Origin: Candidatus Babeliales bacterium
GTDB lineage: Bacteria; Babelota; Babeliae; Babelales; JANWKD01
Reading direction: 5' to 3'
NCBI GenBank assembly: GCA_963722075.1
Contig: CAVRJM010000001.1
Coordinates: 1,280,001-1,344,000, forward strand
Length of the DNA: 64,000 nucleotides
Shown: positions 9,662 to 19,643 of the stretch, one piece after another
How the letters are laid out: each line of letters starts with the position of its first letter
How positions within the stretch are numbered: position 1 is the stretch's first letter
Program-made: the position numbers and the translations under genes
The notes under the pieces: model-generated
Seen by the model: the letters and a program-made list of their open reading frames with translations, nothing else
Told to the model about the DNA's origin: nothing
Database searches by the model: none

Positions 9662-10394
9662 ATGCATGCATCCCTTGAACTCATTGATCAATTAAAAAAA
9701 ACTATTGATGAACGGCGACCATTTGATGAATTTTCTCTGCAGCAAATTAAAGAATATTATCGTATTGGTTTAACGTATACAAGTAATGCCCTTGAAGGTA
9801 ATTCCCTTACCGAATCAGAAACAAAAATTGTATTAGAAGAAGGTATTACCATTGGCGGCAAACGGCTTATTGATCATTTTGAAGCGGTGGGGCATTCAGA
9901 AGCATACGATTTATTACTGCAACATCACCAAAAGAAAACAATAAGCGAAGTTTTAATTAAAAAATTGCATCATCTTTTTTATTATCGAATTGATGAGGCT
10001 AATGCCGGCGCTTATCGTACGGTAAAAATATATTTAACGGGCTCAAAGTACCCTTTCCCTGAACCAGAGCAATTAGCAGAATTAATGCATCAATTTATTA
10101 ATGAATTACCTAAATTACGAACAACGTTGCATCCAATAGAGTTTGCGGCATTGGTGCATAAAAAAATTTGTTTTAATTCATCCCTTTATTGATGGCAATG
10201 GAAGAGTTGCTCGGTTACTTATGAATCTAGTTTTATTGCAAGAAGGCTATACCATTGCAATTATCCCTCCCATCATGCGTCCCGATTATTTTAAAGCGTT
10301 CGAAAAAGCACATATTAATGATAAAGATTTTATCGAATTTATAGCGCAAATGGTAAAAGAATCACAACAAGATTATATTCGCTTATTTTGCTAA
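9662..10394 (+). pseudogene. Fic-family protein split by a +1 frameshift (probably a sequencing error)
   Basis: ORF 9662-10192 has TSNALEGN (class II inhibitory motif). ORF 10143-10394 has HPFIDGNGRVAR. Removing one A from the A7 run at 10160-10166 joins them as HKKFVLIHPF. Confidence 0.85.
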
Positions 10395-10479
10395 TCCAGA
10401 TAAGTAGACTTAAATTGTTATATTATGCAAAAATGTTATAACTGTAATAATTGTTTAATGCGTTATTGGAGTTATACCA

Positions 10480-11169
10480 GTGAAAAAGTTTTGTATCGCT
10501 ATAATTATTCTATTTGTAAATTTAATAAATGCTATGGAAACAGAGCCTTCCTTCTCCGTTGATTCTTATAAGGTGCATGATGAAAATAGTGGCTTACGGA
10601 TTGATAATTTAAAGTCTTCTGAGCATTCAAGCAATTCTGCGGTATATCAATTTTGTATTGCCATGTCTAAATATCCTCAAAAAATAAAAGTAATAAATAA
10701 TAATGCTGCAGCTAATTATATTGAAGCTGAACAACTGAAAAAAATAATAAAAGCTATTAACTATATTCAAAGCGAGGAAAAGCTGGATTTAACTGATTTA
10801 ATTGATATTATTCAAGAACCAGTAATAATGCAGCGAGAAGAACTCAGAGATGAATTAAAGCAGTTCTATCTAAGTAATTATAATTTGAGGCAGGAAAAGG
10901 GAGAGTTAGAAGATAAACTAGCTGAAAAAAATAAACATTTAGATGAACAATTACAAAAAAGAACGGGAGAGCTTCTTGAATCAGGAGCCGCACTATCACG
11001 TGTTTCGCTCGATATTGCAAATCTAACAAATCAATTAAAACAAAAAAGCAGATGGTTTTTTCAACGTCATCCATTATTAACAGCAGGTGGCGCCGTTCTT
11101 CTTTCAATGCCCATTTATTATGGTTTGTTCCGACTTTTGCAAGAATATAAGATTCCTTGTTTTGGTTAA
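10480..11169 (+). CDS. Exported coiled-coil protein with C-terminal membrane anchor, paralog 1 of 3
   Basis: GTG start with ggag RBS; signal peptide |METE; C-terminal RWFFQRHPLLTAGGAVLLSMPIYYGLF. Confidence 0.8.
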   Translation: MKKFCIAIIILFVNLINAMETEPSFSVDSYKVHDENSGLRIDNLKSSEHSSNSAVYQFCIAMSKYPQKIKVINNNAAANYIEAEQLKKIIKAINYIQSEEKLDLTDLIDIIQEPVIMQREELRDELKQFYLSNYNLRQEKGELEDKLAEKNKHLDEQLQKRTGELLESGAALSRVSLDIANLTNQLKQKSRWFFQRHPLLTAGGAVLLSMPIYYGLFRLLQEYKIPCFG

Positions 11170-11239
11170 AAAATAATTATTTATTTAGTAATAAAAATGG
11201 CATAATTATATTATTTGCTGTTATTTGCTGGAGTTCTCT

Positions 11240-11875
11240 ATGAAAAAATGTTTTATCGTTCTATTGCTTTTTACTGCTATATCCAATGCAATGGAAAAAA
11301 AAGAAATGCCGCAACAAGAAGCTTCTTTTACGGTTAAATACACCAAGGTTCATGAGGAAAATATTGGAAAACGTATTGATAATTCAAAATCTGATGATCA
11401 TTTAATTAGCTCAATGGTATATCACTTCTGTACTTTGTCTAAATATCCTACCAATATAACGGTGGTAAATAATAAAGTTGTTGCTAATGGTATTGGTGTT
11501 GAGCAATTGAAAAAAATGGTATCAGCTATCAAATATGAGCAAGCAAGCGGAACGTTAGATTTTACCGGTTTAATTGATGTGATATGTAAGCCGTTAACAA
11601 AACAACGAGATGAATGTTTACTTAAAATGGTAGAAGTGCAAAAAGAAAATGACGATTTACGGAAAGAAAACGATGAAGTAAGAAGAGAGAAAAATGGAAT
11701 AGCGTCCGCATTAACCAGGCTGCGCGTCCACAATAATGATTTAGGAAAACAATTAAAGCAACAAACCCGTTGGCTTTATCAACGCCATCCATTATTAACA
11801 GCAGCTGGCGCCGTTCTTCTTTCTCTGCCTTTATATTATGGGTTATTCTCATTATTAAAAACGTATCATTCTTGA
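11240..11875 (+). CDS. Exported coiled-coil protein with C-terminal membrane anchor, paralog 2 of 3
   Basis: ATG at 11240 after ggag; |MEKK; RWLYQRHPLLTAAGAVLLSLPLYYGLF. Confidence 0.8.
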   Translation: MKKCFIVLLLFTAISNAMEKKEMPQQEASFTVKYTKVHEENIGKRIDNSKSDDHLISSMVYHFCTLSKYPTNITVVNNKVVANGIGVEQLKKMVSAIKYEQASGTLDFTGLIDVICKPLTKQRDECLLKMVEVQKENDDLRKENDEVRREKNGIASALTRLRVHNNDLGKQLKQQTRWLYQRHPLLTAAGAVLLSLPLYYGLFSLLKTYHS

Positions 11876-11929
11876 TAAGAACAGTGCTGATAAAAACAAG
11901 CAAATTATTCTATTTGCCATTATTTAGGG

Positions 11930-12453
11930 CGATAATTGTTTATATTGTTATTGATGCGGAGATTATGATAAGCAAAGTATTTGGAGAAACCAATTACAAG
12001 ACAAAAAGTGAAATTGCTTACATTATTATAGAGCGTGTTCTAGGATCAATTCGGTTTAATTGGTTAATTGCAGATGCCCATTATGCGACTGAATACCTTC
12101 TGCCAAAGCTTTTTAACAGGTCAATAAAATTTCTGATGAAAATTCCCAGAAATCGCGTTGTTACTATTAACAATAAAACAGGACAATTGCAAAAAATTTT
12201 ACGTTTGAAAAAAAATAACAGATTTGCTTGTGGATACGGCACTATTTTTGGTCTTTCCTGTTATTTCTATGTGTTAAAAATTGATAAGGAAAAAATTATG
12301 TATCTTATCAGTAGCCATCAGCTCGGCAAAGAGAAGCTAATTTCTACATATAAGATTCGTTGGCAAATTGAATGCTTCAATAGAACTGCCAAACAACTTC
12401 TTGGATTCAGCGAATGCCAAATGCGTTCTTTTAACATGAGCGTGCGCATTTGA
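11930..12453 (+). mobile_element. Truncated DDE transposase remnant (IS701/IS4-like)
   Basis: WLIADAHYA and YKIRWQIECFNRTAKQLLGFSECQMRS resemble the second Asp and the Y-x2-R-W-x-I-E catalytic Glu motifs. No N-terminus or terminal repeats seen; left boundary approximate. Confidence 0.7.
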
Positions 12454-12456
12454 AAA

Positions 12457-12465
12457 TGGTATAAT
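12457..12465 (+). promoter_or_regulatory. Extended -10 promoter (TGgTATAAT) upstream of paralog 3
   Basis: aaaatggtataattata here; similar aaaatggcataattata (~11193) and aaaatgttataact (~10430) precede paralogs 2 and 1. Confidence 0.55.
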
Positions 12466-12491
12466 TATACTAGTAAATATTATTTAATCTA

Positions 12492-13181
12492 ATGAGGTTT
12501 AAGTTGAACTATTTTTTAATTATATTTTTCCTATTAACTACTATTGCTCAAGGCATGGATACGCAAAATCAAAAAGAGAAAACTCCTGTTCCTACCGAAG
12601 TGTCTTTTATTGTTGATTATCAAGAACATCTCAGAACTTGTTCGGTACGAGATAGAGAACCATTAGGGGTTGAACATATCATTAGCAGGATTGTAAAGCA
12701 TTTTGCTTTTAGTTTACGCAATCCTGAAAAAATTATAGTTCTTAATCGTGGCTACAATTGGAATTATGTTACTGAAGGTGACATTGAAAATATCTTTGGA
12801 GGATTTAGGTTTCAAGATGAACTCGATGGTCACGCAATAGCAAAACTAGATGTAACACGTTTATTGCATTATGCTCAACGAGGATTGAAGGAAAAACATT
12901 CACAGCGACAAAAAGAGATACAAGAAGAACATGATATAGAAAAAGGTAAATTAATGGAGATTATAAAAGAAAAAAAAGCAAAGTATTGTGATCTCAATAG
13001 GAAATGGCGTGCGCTTGATGCTGAAAAAAAAGATTTAGAAGATCGATTGAACCAAAAAAATAAATGGTTTTATCAACGCTATCCCTTGTTAACTGCAGGA
13101 TGTGCCGTTCTGTTTTCGATGCCTGTTTATTATAAACTATTTTTGATCTGGCAAAATTATCAAGCCGGTATTTCTTCGTAA
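12492..13181 (+). CDS. Exported coiled-coil protein with C-terminal membrane anchor, paralog 3 of 3
   Basis: |MDTQ after signal peptide; KWFYQRYPLLTAGCAVLFSMPVYYKLF. Confidence 0.8.
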   Translation: MRFKLNYFLIIFFLLTTIAQGMDTQNQKEKTPVPTEVSFIVDYQEHLRTCSVRDREPLGVEHIISRIVKHFAFSLRNPEKIIVLNRGYNWNYVTEGDIENIFGGFRFQDELDGHAIAKLDVTRLLHYAQRGLKEKHSQRQKEIQEEHDIEKGKLMEIIKEKKAKYCDLNRKWRALDAEKKDLEDRLNQKNKWFYQRYPLLTAGCAVLFSMPVYYKLFLIWQNYQAGISS

Positions 13182-13195
13182 AGATTATTTTTCTT

Positions 13196-13882
13196 ATGAT
13201 TAATGAACTATTATTCTTTTTCCATCTCTTTATTATCATTTTTGCTGCTTTAGGTGCTTTGTGGCTGGGCAAAGAAGCTTTAATATGTTTAATAGCATTA
13301 TTTGCATTGGTATCAAACTTATTTGTAACCAAACAAATTGCTCTCTTTGGATGTAATGCTACCGCAACCGATTCTTTTGCTATTGGTATCGTGCTCAGTT
13401 TAAATCTTTTGCAAGAATATTATGGTAAAGAAATAACTAAAAAAGCGATTTGGATTAGTTTTGCGATTGCTAGTATATATACTATTTTTTCCCAGCTGCA
13501 TCTTTTATATATACCCACTCCGTTTGATACTACGCATTCCCATGCGCATGCTTTATTTAGCGTAATGCCGCGCATTATGATTGCTTCGCTGGTTACCTAT
13601 TTTATCGTGCAACGCTTAGATTGTATGGTATATGAGATCCTTAAAAATCGTTTGCACGGAAATTATTTGGTTACTCGTAATTATGGTGCGATCTTGTTTT
13701 CGCAATTAACCGATACGGTACTATTTAGTTTTTTAGGATTATATGGGCTGGTAGAATCGATAATCCCTATAATATGTATAAGTTATTGTATTAAAGTAAT
13801 CGCTATTGGAGTGGCAACTCCGTTTATTTGGTTTTCAAAAAAAATAATGGTAAAAAATACTCATGAATCCCTTTCGTTTTGA
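13196..13882 (+). CDS. yhhQ: Queuosine-precursor transporter (YhhQ/COG1738, VUT family)
   Basis: Multi-TM protein with NLFVTKQI, LQEYYGK, PRIMIASL and SQLTDTVLF; overlaps tgt. Confidence 0.85.
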   Translation: MINELLFFFHLFIIIFAALGALWLGKEALICLIALFALVSNLFVTKQIALFGCNATATDSFAIGIVLSLNLLQEYYGKEITKKAIWISFAIASIYTIFSQLHLLYIPTPFDTTHSHAHALFSVMPRIMIASLVTYFIVQRLDCMVYEILKNRLHGNYLVTRNYGAILFSQLTDTVLFSFLGLYGLVESIIPIICISYCIKVIAIGVATPFIWFSKKIMVKNTHESLSF

Positions 13883-14993
13883 ACTGCTGTATCAATCTAA
13901 AAAATCTCGCGCTCGCGTAGGGCGTATTCACACCCCCCATGGTAGTATCGATACCCCTCATTTTGTTGCCGTAGGAACCAATGGTACCTTGAAAGCGCTT
14001 GATAGTGCCGTAGTAGATGAGATTGGGGTGCAATTGATGTTTTGCAACACCTATCATTTGATGGTACAGCCAGGAGTGGAAATTATTAAACAAGCAGGAG
14101 GTTTACATAATTTCATTAAGCGTAAGGGCCCTATAATTACTGATTCGGGGGGATTTCAGGTATTTAGTTTAGCCTATGGCACCGTGCATGATGAATTAAA
14201 GAGCAAGGGAACCAAAAAAAATGATGGCTCTGTAGTAAAAATTTCTGAAGACGGGGTGCTGTTTCGTTCGTATCGGGATGGCTCACCACTATTATTAACT
14301 CCCGAAAGTTCAGTACAAGCGCAAAAAGCATTGGGTGCTGATATTATTATCCCTCTTGATGAATTACCACCATATCATATTGATAAAAAACAATTAGAAA
14401 AATCATTAGCACGTACGCATCGCTGGGAAGAACGTTCATTACTTGAACATAAAAAAAATCCTAATAATCAAGCGATGTACTCAGTTATTCATGGGGGAAT
14501 TGATCCGGAATTGCGCAAAAAAAGTTGTTCGTTTTTGGCTCAACTAGATTTTGATGGGCATGCAATTGGCGGGAGCCTGGGGAAAAATCGTGAAGAGATG
14601 ATAGCAATGCTTACGCTTTTAATGTCGCAACTGCCATTAGAAAAACCAAATCATTTGCTGGGCATAGGGGATCTTGCATCACTTGAGCAGGCAATACAAT
14701 TAGGAATAGATACCTTTGATAGTTCGCACCCAACACGGTGTGCGCGGCACGGGCTTCTATTTACTTCTCAAGGTAATTTAAAAATCGAGCATGGCACTAA
14801 TAAAGCAAGCTTTGAACCGATTGATAGAGATTGTAGTTGTTTTGTTTGCCAAAAATATACGCGTGCCTATTTACATCACCTTTTTAAAGCGCATGAACTT
14901 ACGGGATATAGTTTAGCAACTATTCACAATCTGCACTTTATGGTACAATTGATGAATAATTATCGTAAAAAAATAATGAGTGGTGATTATTGA
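13863..14993 (+). CDS. tgt: tRNA-guanine transglycosylase
   Basis: RARVGRIHTPHG, CNTYHL, TDSGGFQVFSL, HLLGIG, GIDTFDS and the Zn site CSCFVC...HNLH. Confidence 0.97.
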   Translation: MNPFRFELLYQSKKSRARVGRIHTPHGSIDTPHFVAVGTNGTLKALDSAVVDEIGVQLMFCNTYHLMVQPGVEIIKQAGGLHNFIKRKGPIITDSGGFQVFSLAYGTVHDELKSKGTKKNDGSVVKISEDGVLFRSYRDGSPLLLTPESSVQAQKALGADIIIPLDELPPYHIDKKQLEKSLARTHRWEERSLLEHKKNPNNQAMYSVIHGGIDPELRKKSCSFLAQLDFDGHAIGGSLGKNREEMIAMLTLLMSQLPLEKPNHLLGIGDLASLEQAIQLGIDTFDSSHPTRCARHGLLFTSQGNLKIEHGTNKASFEPIDRDCSCFVCQKYTRAYLHHLFKAHELTGYSLATIHNLHFMVQLMNNYRKKIMSGDY

Positions 14994-15033
14994 TTTAATT
15001 ACAATCCAATCTTAAGGAAACTGATATAACTAT

Positions 15034-15672
15034 GTGACACACCACAATAATAATAGAACAAAATTTATTATAATCGTAATCACAACCTTACTCTTTAATT
15101 GTTCGCTACTTAACAGTATGAATACCCAGACAGAAACGATTATTAGAGGAGTTGCTTACCCTGTCACATCAGTGTTACAATTTGATCGTAGAAAACTTGC
15201 TCAGTTAATTTCTAATCCAGCTAAGCAGCATTTAATATATGCGGGCTATAATCAACAAGAATTAGCATTAAATAGGTTAGCGTATATAAAATTATTGACA
15301 TACGACAATGAAAGAACGCGGAAAAGCCCTCAGGAAGCGCGTAATAGAAAATTGGCTACCACTTTTAAATGGGATTTTGATATAAGTGTATCTTTATTAG
15401 GCGGGGCATACAAACTTTATAAAAATGAGGATGAAAACAAAAAAATGTTTTTTTATCCACTAATTTTAGGTATGTGCATTGGAGGCACGTATTGCTTTCT
15501 TAAAGGTCTTATCCGATTAAGCAACAATTATTCTGCTCATGCTATTGAACAAAAAAGAGAACGGCGGAAAAAAGTTAATAATGATCTAATAACTTTTATT
15601 AGAGATAAAGCTAAACTTCCCGTGACAAAGGTAATAACTACCGATAATCGGGTAATGATGAGATTAAATTAG
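15034..15672 (+). CDS. Hypothetical exported/membrane protein (Met at +1)
   Basis: 212-aa ORF with aagga RBS; hydrophobic N-region then |MNTQ; internal TM segment. Confidence 0.65.
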   Translation: MTHHNNNRTKFIIIVITTLLFNCSLLNSMNTQTETIIRGVAYPVTSVLQFDRRKLAQLISNPAKQHLIYAGYNQQELALNRLAYIKLLTYDNERTRKSPQEARNRKLATTFKWDFDISVSLLGGAYKLYKNEDENKKMFFYPLILGMCIGGTYCFLKGLIRLSNNYSAHAIEQKRERRKKVNNDLITFIRDKAKLPVTKVITTDNRVMMRLN

Positions 15673-15696
15673 TTAAAAAATCAAATTATAGGAAAT

Positions 15697-15729
15697 AAGG
15701 CTGCAATCGTTTTCATCAAAAGCAGCCTT
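15697..15729. terminator. Putative bidirectional terminator between convergent genes
   Basis: aaggctgc ... gcagcctt inverted repeat. Confidence 0.45.
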
Positions 15730-15743
15730 TATAAGAATTCTAC

Positions 15744-16130
15744 CTATTCAATTCCTTTATGCATTTCTTGCATAAGTTGCTGTGAAACTTGGTCAAAAAG
15801 GGATAATGCTTGTCGCGCTAAGAACATTTCAGCAAAACTGCCTGAAATCAACATATTACCAAATATAAATGCTAGCACACGACGTAAAGGGCTTTTTTGT
15901 TTGCCTTCTTTTGCATCTGATAATGAATCATACACTAAACAACCGCCGATACCAGCAGTAATCACGCCTGCTACAATGATAGCAATAAGGCGAGGATCAT
16001 TGGTATCTACCAGAGAAGGGCCGTAAATTCTTTGCTTGAGTGCAGTAAGATTTGTTGGCATATTTTCAGCGCGGGCACCAGTTGAAGTTAGAAGAAAAGC
16101 ACAAAACATCACAATAAGGTTTTTATTCAT
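15744..16130 (-). CDS. Hypothetical membrane protein with signal peptide
   Basis: 128 aa, aagga RBS, ARA signal-peptidase site, two hydrophobic segments. Confidence 0.65.
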   Translation of the reverse strand: MNKNLIVMFCAFLLTSTGARAENMPTNLTALKQRIYGPSLVDTNDPRLIAIIVAGVITAGIGGCLVYDSLSDAKEGKQKSPLRRVLAFIFGNMLISGSFAEMFLARQALSLFDQVSQQLMQEMHKGIE

Positions 16131-16411
16131 TTTTTTAATTCCTTTTAGGAAAATAATACAATATATATTATATATTACTAGATAAAGCTATAATTGCAAA
16201 ATTTCTCATTAATTATTACAAATGAAAATTATTTTATAAAGGTAGTATTTGTACTGTATGTATGTGCGCAATAAATCTTATAGGAATAGCTTTTAAATTA
16301 GTGGGCTTAACAGTAAGCAACTATTCATAATAGACGAGTTTTTATGATACCGTTAATGAAATAATATGGTGATAAAATAATAAACTGGCGATTCTTAATG
16401 AGGAGAAATAG

Positions 16412-16882
16412 ATGTATTATTCAAAATTAGTAACAATGCTTTGTTGCGTAATGAGTATTATTTTTGGTCAAGTAGCTTACTCAGGGCAATGGACTGAATT
16501 TTCATTTATTTTAAAACCCTCATTACTTGGTGGTATTGGCGTCTTTGCTACGCATGATATTTCTGCTAAGTCCCAGATTTTTAAAAACTATTTCAAGATA
16601 AGAACCCTAAAAATTAAAGAAGTACCCACCGATTTTATTAAATATTGTATTAAAATAAGTGATGAAGAGTGTTTATGCCCAAAGCGATTTGATCGCATGG
16701 AAATAGGATGGTATATAAATCATTCGGCTACACCCAACATTGCGCAGAGAACAGTAATTATTGAAGGCATAGAAGAATGTATTGTTTACGCTCTCAACGA
16801 TATCAAGGCTGGTGATGAAATTTTAATCGATTATAATTTTCTTAATGAGCCAGAGCATTTAAAAGAGGATTATTATAAATAA
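16412..16882 (+). CDS. SET-domain protein with N-terminal signal peptide
   Basis: GIGVFATHDI, YINHSATPN, ALNDIKAGDEILIDY motifs; gaggag RBS. Confidence 0.9.
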   Translation: MYYSKLVTMLCCVMSIIFGQVAYSGQWTEFSFILKPSLLGGIGVFATHDISAKSQIFKNYFKIRTLKIKEVPTDFIKYCIKISDEECLCPKRFDRMEIGWYINHSATPNIAQRTVIIEGIEECIVYALNDIKAGDEILIDYNFLNEPEHLKEDYYK

Positions 16883-17541
16883 TTTTTAGCTGATAGTGCT
16901 CTATCTTCTGGTAAAATAAACCTACCCTGCAAATATTCTTGAAAATCTTTTTTGCGCAATAAAAGAGTGCCATAGCCCGTTTTAAGCGGTTGTAACGAAA
17001 GCCCTTTTAATAAAAGAGCCATACGCATTTTAACATCTTCAAGTTGAGAAATATCGCGAGCCATAAGCTCAATTTCTAAAAACGTACCTAAGTTAGCAAC
17101 CTGATCAATACAAATCGTGAAAGAATCATGTTGATAGGTAGTACGCATTTTATCTACGGTATAATGAATTTCAAAATTATTAGCCCTCATTAAATCCGAA
17201 AAATCAGCTTTTTCTATGGCATTGAACTTAAGACTTATTAATAATTCATTAAGACGCGTAAGTTCATTTTCAATAAGTGGTAGAATAAAGGTGTGTTCTT
17301 CGCAATAATCCTGTATGGGCAAATTTGGATTATCAAGAGTTGCGCGATTAAATTTAATTTCTAATTTTTTATTATTGCGGGCGCGTATAAAAATACCTAG
17401 TTTGTAGAGGCGCCGATCCACTGTATCATAATACTCATCAGTATCATGCCTAGTATTGCGTAGCGAATAGTTTTTTAAAAAATCAGCTAATTCTTGATGG
17501 TTTAATATTTCATACCGCAATTCAATTTCGATAGTATTCAT
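16873..17541 (-). CDS. CYTH-domain protein (class IV adenylate cyclase/triphosphatase family)
   Basis: N-terminal EIELR, DEYYD, IRAR, K-x-R, IDQVANLGTFLEIE. Confidence 0.85.
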   Translation of the reverse strand: MNTIEIELRYEILNHQELADFLKNYSLRNTRHDTDEYYDTVDRRLYKLGIFIRARNNKKLEIKFNRATLDNPNLPIQDYCEEHTFILPLIENELTRLNELLISLKFNAIEKADFSDLMRANNFEIHYTVDKMRTTYQHDSFTICIDQVANLGTFLEIELMARDISQLEDVKMRMALLLKGLSLQPLKTGYGTLLLRKKDFQEYLQGRFILPEDRALSAKNYL

Positions 17542-17699
17542 AATGGTGCCTCTATAATTAAATTATTCTTCATCGAAACATAAGCATTTTTAGGATTTTT
17601 TTTCTGTGTTTGCTCAATTATTTCAATTATTAATTGACGAGCATTTCTTGTTTTTTGAAAGCCACTCCCGCCAATGGCAATAATTTGTTTTTTAATCAT
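17538..17699 (-). pseudogene. N-terminal fragment resembling peptidase E (S51 family)
   Basis: Manual translation MIKKQIIAIGGSGFQ...EQTQKKNPK (53 aa) resembles the S51 N-terminus (KQIIAIGGGG...KPK). Ends in an ATGA overlap with the CYTH gene. Confidence 0.5.
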
Positions 17700-17743
17700 A
17701 TTTTTTCGTATTCATGTTTGGCTGATATGAGGCCAAAGACTTA

Positions 17744-18607
17744 CTATACAAATTGTAAACATCTACTCCAACGAATTCGCTTCCAAAAATCGATTGGATG
17801 TAATAGTAAATCGAATATAAACCATGAATCATAACTATCAATTGAATAAATACGAAAAACTATTTTGCCATGAACTAAATGCTTATCAAAGGGACCAAAA
17901 TAACGAGAATCAGCACTGCCTTTACGATTATCTCCCATTGCCCATATTTGATTAGGGCCTAAATGAACATCAAATTCGTCAACATTACGGCCATTAACGA
18001 TTGTTGGTGTATAGGGTATTAAGAGTTGCTCTTCATGTAGTTTTGCCAAATATTTTTGTGCCAATTGTACATCAGCAGCATCCATTATATAAAAAGGTTG
18101 ATCTTCATAAGAATATGATGAATCATAGGTACGTGTATAAAATTTATCATCATGATAAATAGTAAGGAGTGGGTATTTATTCAAATGGGGCTCATCTAAT
18201 TTTTGTCCATTTCTATATACCACTGGTTTACCATCTTCAATAACGCCTTTGATATGATCGCCTGGTAATCCAATCACGCGCTTAGTCCAATTTTCTGGCC
18301 CATATACATAGCGTTGAAATAAATTAACAAAATAATTGTCTGAATAGGGAAAAACAGGGCTGTTTAGCGCAATAATATCCCCGTGTTGCAACTCTCTAAA
18401 AAGCACCGTGAATTTATCGGCAAAAAAACGTTCGCCAACCAACATGGTAGTTTCCATAGAGCCTGTGGGAACTTGATAGAGCCCATAAAAGAAGGTTCGA
18501 ATAATAAAGGCGAGCGGAACGATAACAATAATTGTTTCGATATATTGAGCAAGCGTTGATTTATTGGGACGCCGTATCCATGCCCAGAACCTATGCAAGA
18601 AATTCAT
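17744..18607 (-). CDS. lepB: Signal peptidase I
   Basis: VPTGSMETT (catalytic Ser), WTKRVIGLPGD (catalytic Lys), MGDNRKGSADSRYFG. Confidence 0.95.
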   Translation of the reverse strand: MNFLHRFWAWIRRPNKSTLAQYIETIIVIVPLAFIIRTFFYGLYQVPTGSMETTMLVGERFFADKFTVLFRELQHGDIIALNSPVFPYSDNYFVNLFQRYVYGPENWTKRVIGLPGDHIKGVIEDGKPVVYRNGQKLDEPHLNKYPLLTIYHDDKFYTRTYDSSYSYEDQPFYIMDAADVQLAQKYLAKLHEEQLLIPYTPTIVNGRNVDEFDVHLGPNQIWAMGDNRKGSADSRYFGPFDKHLVHGKIVFRIYSIDSYDSWFIFDLLLHPIDFWKRIRWSRCLQFV

Positions 18608-18747
18608 ACATTTTCCTATTATTTTAAAGGGTTATATTGGTATAGAATACATCAGTTGCTTGAGGGGGGCAAAAAAATTATGGTTCATGTGTGAGTATGT
18701 TATTATCTTATAGCTAGTAACAACTGATAAAATATCAAGGAGACTTT

Positions 18748-19509
18748 ATGCAGAACCTAATTACTATCTATGAGTTATCTCAACATCTCAATCAATATCT
18801 TACTATCAATGATTATACCGATATTTGCCCTAATGGATTGCAGGTAACTAATGAAGGTTATATCACCAGCATTGGAACAGCTGTTTCTCCTGATCTTGCA
18901 ACAATAGAAAAAGCAATTGAGCGCAAAGTTCAAGTTTTAATAACCCATCACGGAATTTTTAAAAATAACGAAACCACCATTCTTAATGGTTCAAAATTTC
19001 AAAAAATAAAAAAGCTTATAGAAAATAATATTGCATTACTGGTTTACCATTTACCATTAGATGCGCATCAAATCATTGGAAATAATTGGAAAGCGGCGCG
19101 CGATTTGGGTTGGGATAATTTACAACCATTTGGCGAATATAATGGCAACGTAATTGGAGTGCGAGGAACATTCCTCTCCATAGATGCGTATGAATTTACG
19201 AAAAAATTAGAAAAATATTATGGTAATAAAGCAGCTGTTGCTATAGCAAAACCTACAATCTCATCAGCAGCACTTATTTCCGGCGGTGGATATAAATATA
19301 TTGTTGAAGCAGCAAAGGCAGGAGTTGATTGTTTTATCACCGGCAGTTTTGATGAGCCATCGTGGTACACAGCTTTTGAAGAAAATATTAATTTTTATGG
19401 CTTAGGACATGCTGCTACTGAAAAAATTGGACCCAAAGCACTGGCTGAATATATCCAAAAACAATTTAGTATGTCTGCTACTTTTATTGATACGCAAAAT
19501 CCATTTTGA
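18748..19509 (+). CDS. Nif3/YbgI-like dinuclear metal centre protein
   Basis: PNGLQV, LITHHG, YHLPLDAH..IGNN, GHAATEK, NPF C-terminus. Confidence 0.92.
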   Translation: MQNLITIYELSQHLNQYLTINDYTDICPNGLQVTNEGYITSIGTAVSPDLATIEKAIERKVQVLITHHGIFKNNETTILNGSKFQKIKKLIENNIALLVYHLPLDAHQIIGNNWKAARDLGWDNLQPFGEYNGNVIGVRGTFLSIDAYEFTKKLEKYYGNKAAVAIAKPTISSAALISGGGYKYIVEAAKAGVDCFITGSFDEPSWYTAFEENINFYGLGHAATEKIGPKALAEYIQKQFSMSATFIDTQNPF

Positions 19510-19643
19510 GCTAAAAGATGTCTTCAGAAATGCATCCAGATGAAATTCATATTAATACGGATTTAAAATAATTTTGTAAGCTTCCTATTTGACTAATATA
19601 TATTATAGATAAATAAATAACCATCATAAATAGGGGAAAATAC

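Noticed and set aside
11770..12453. Intact active IS element
   Set aside because: The ORF start overlaps paralog 2, the N-terminal part of the transposase is missing, and no terminal inverted repeats or target duplication were found.
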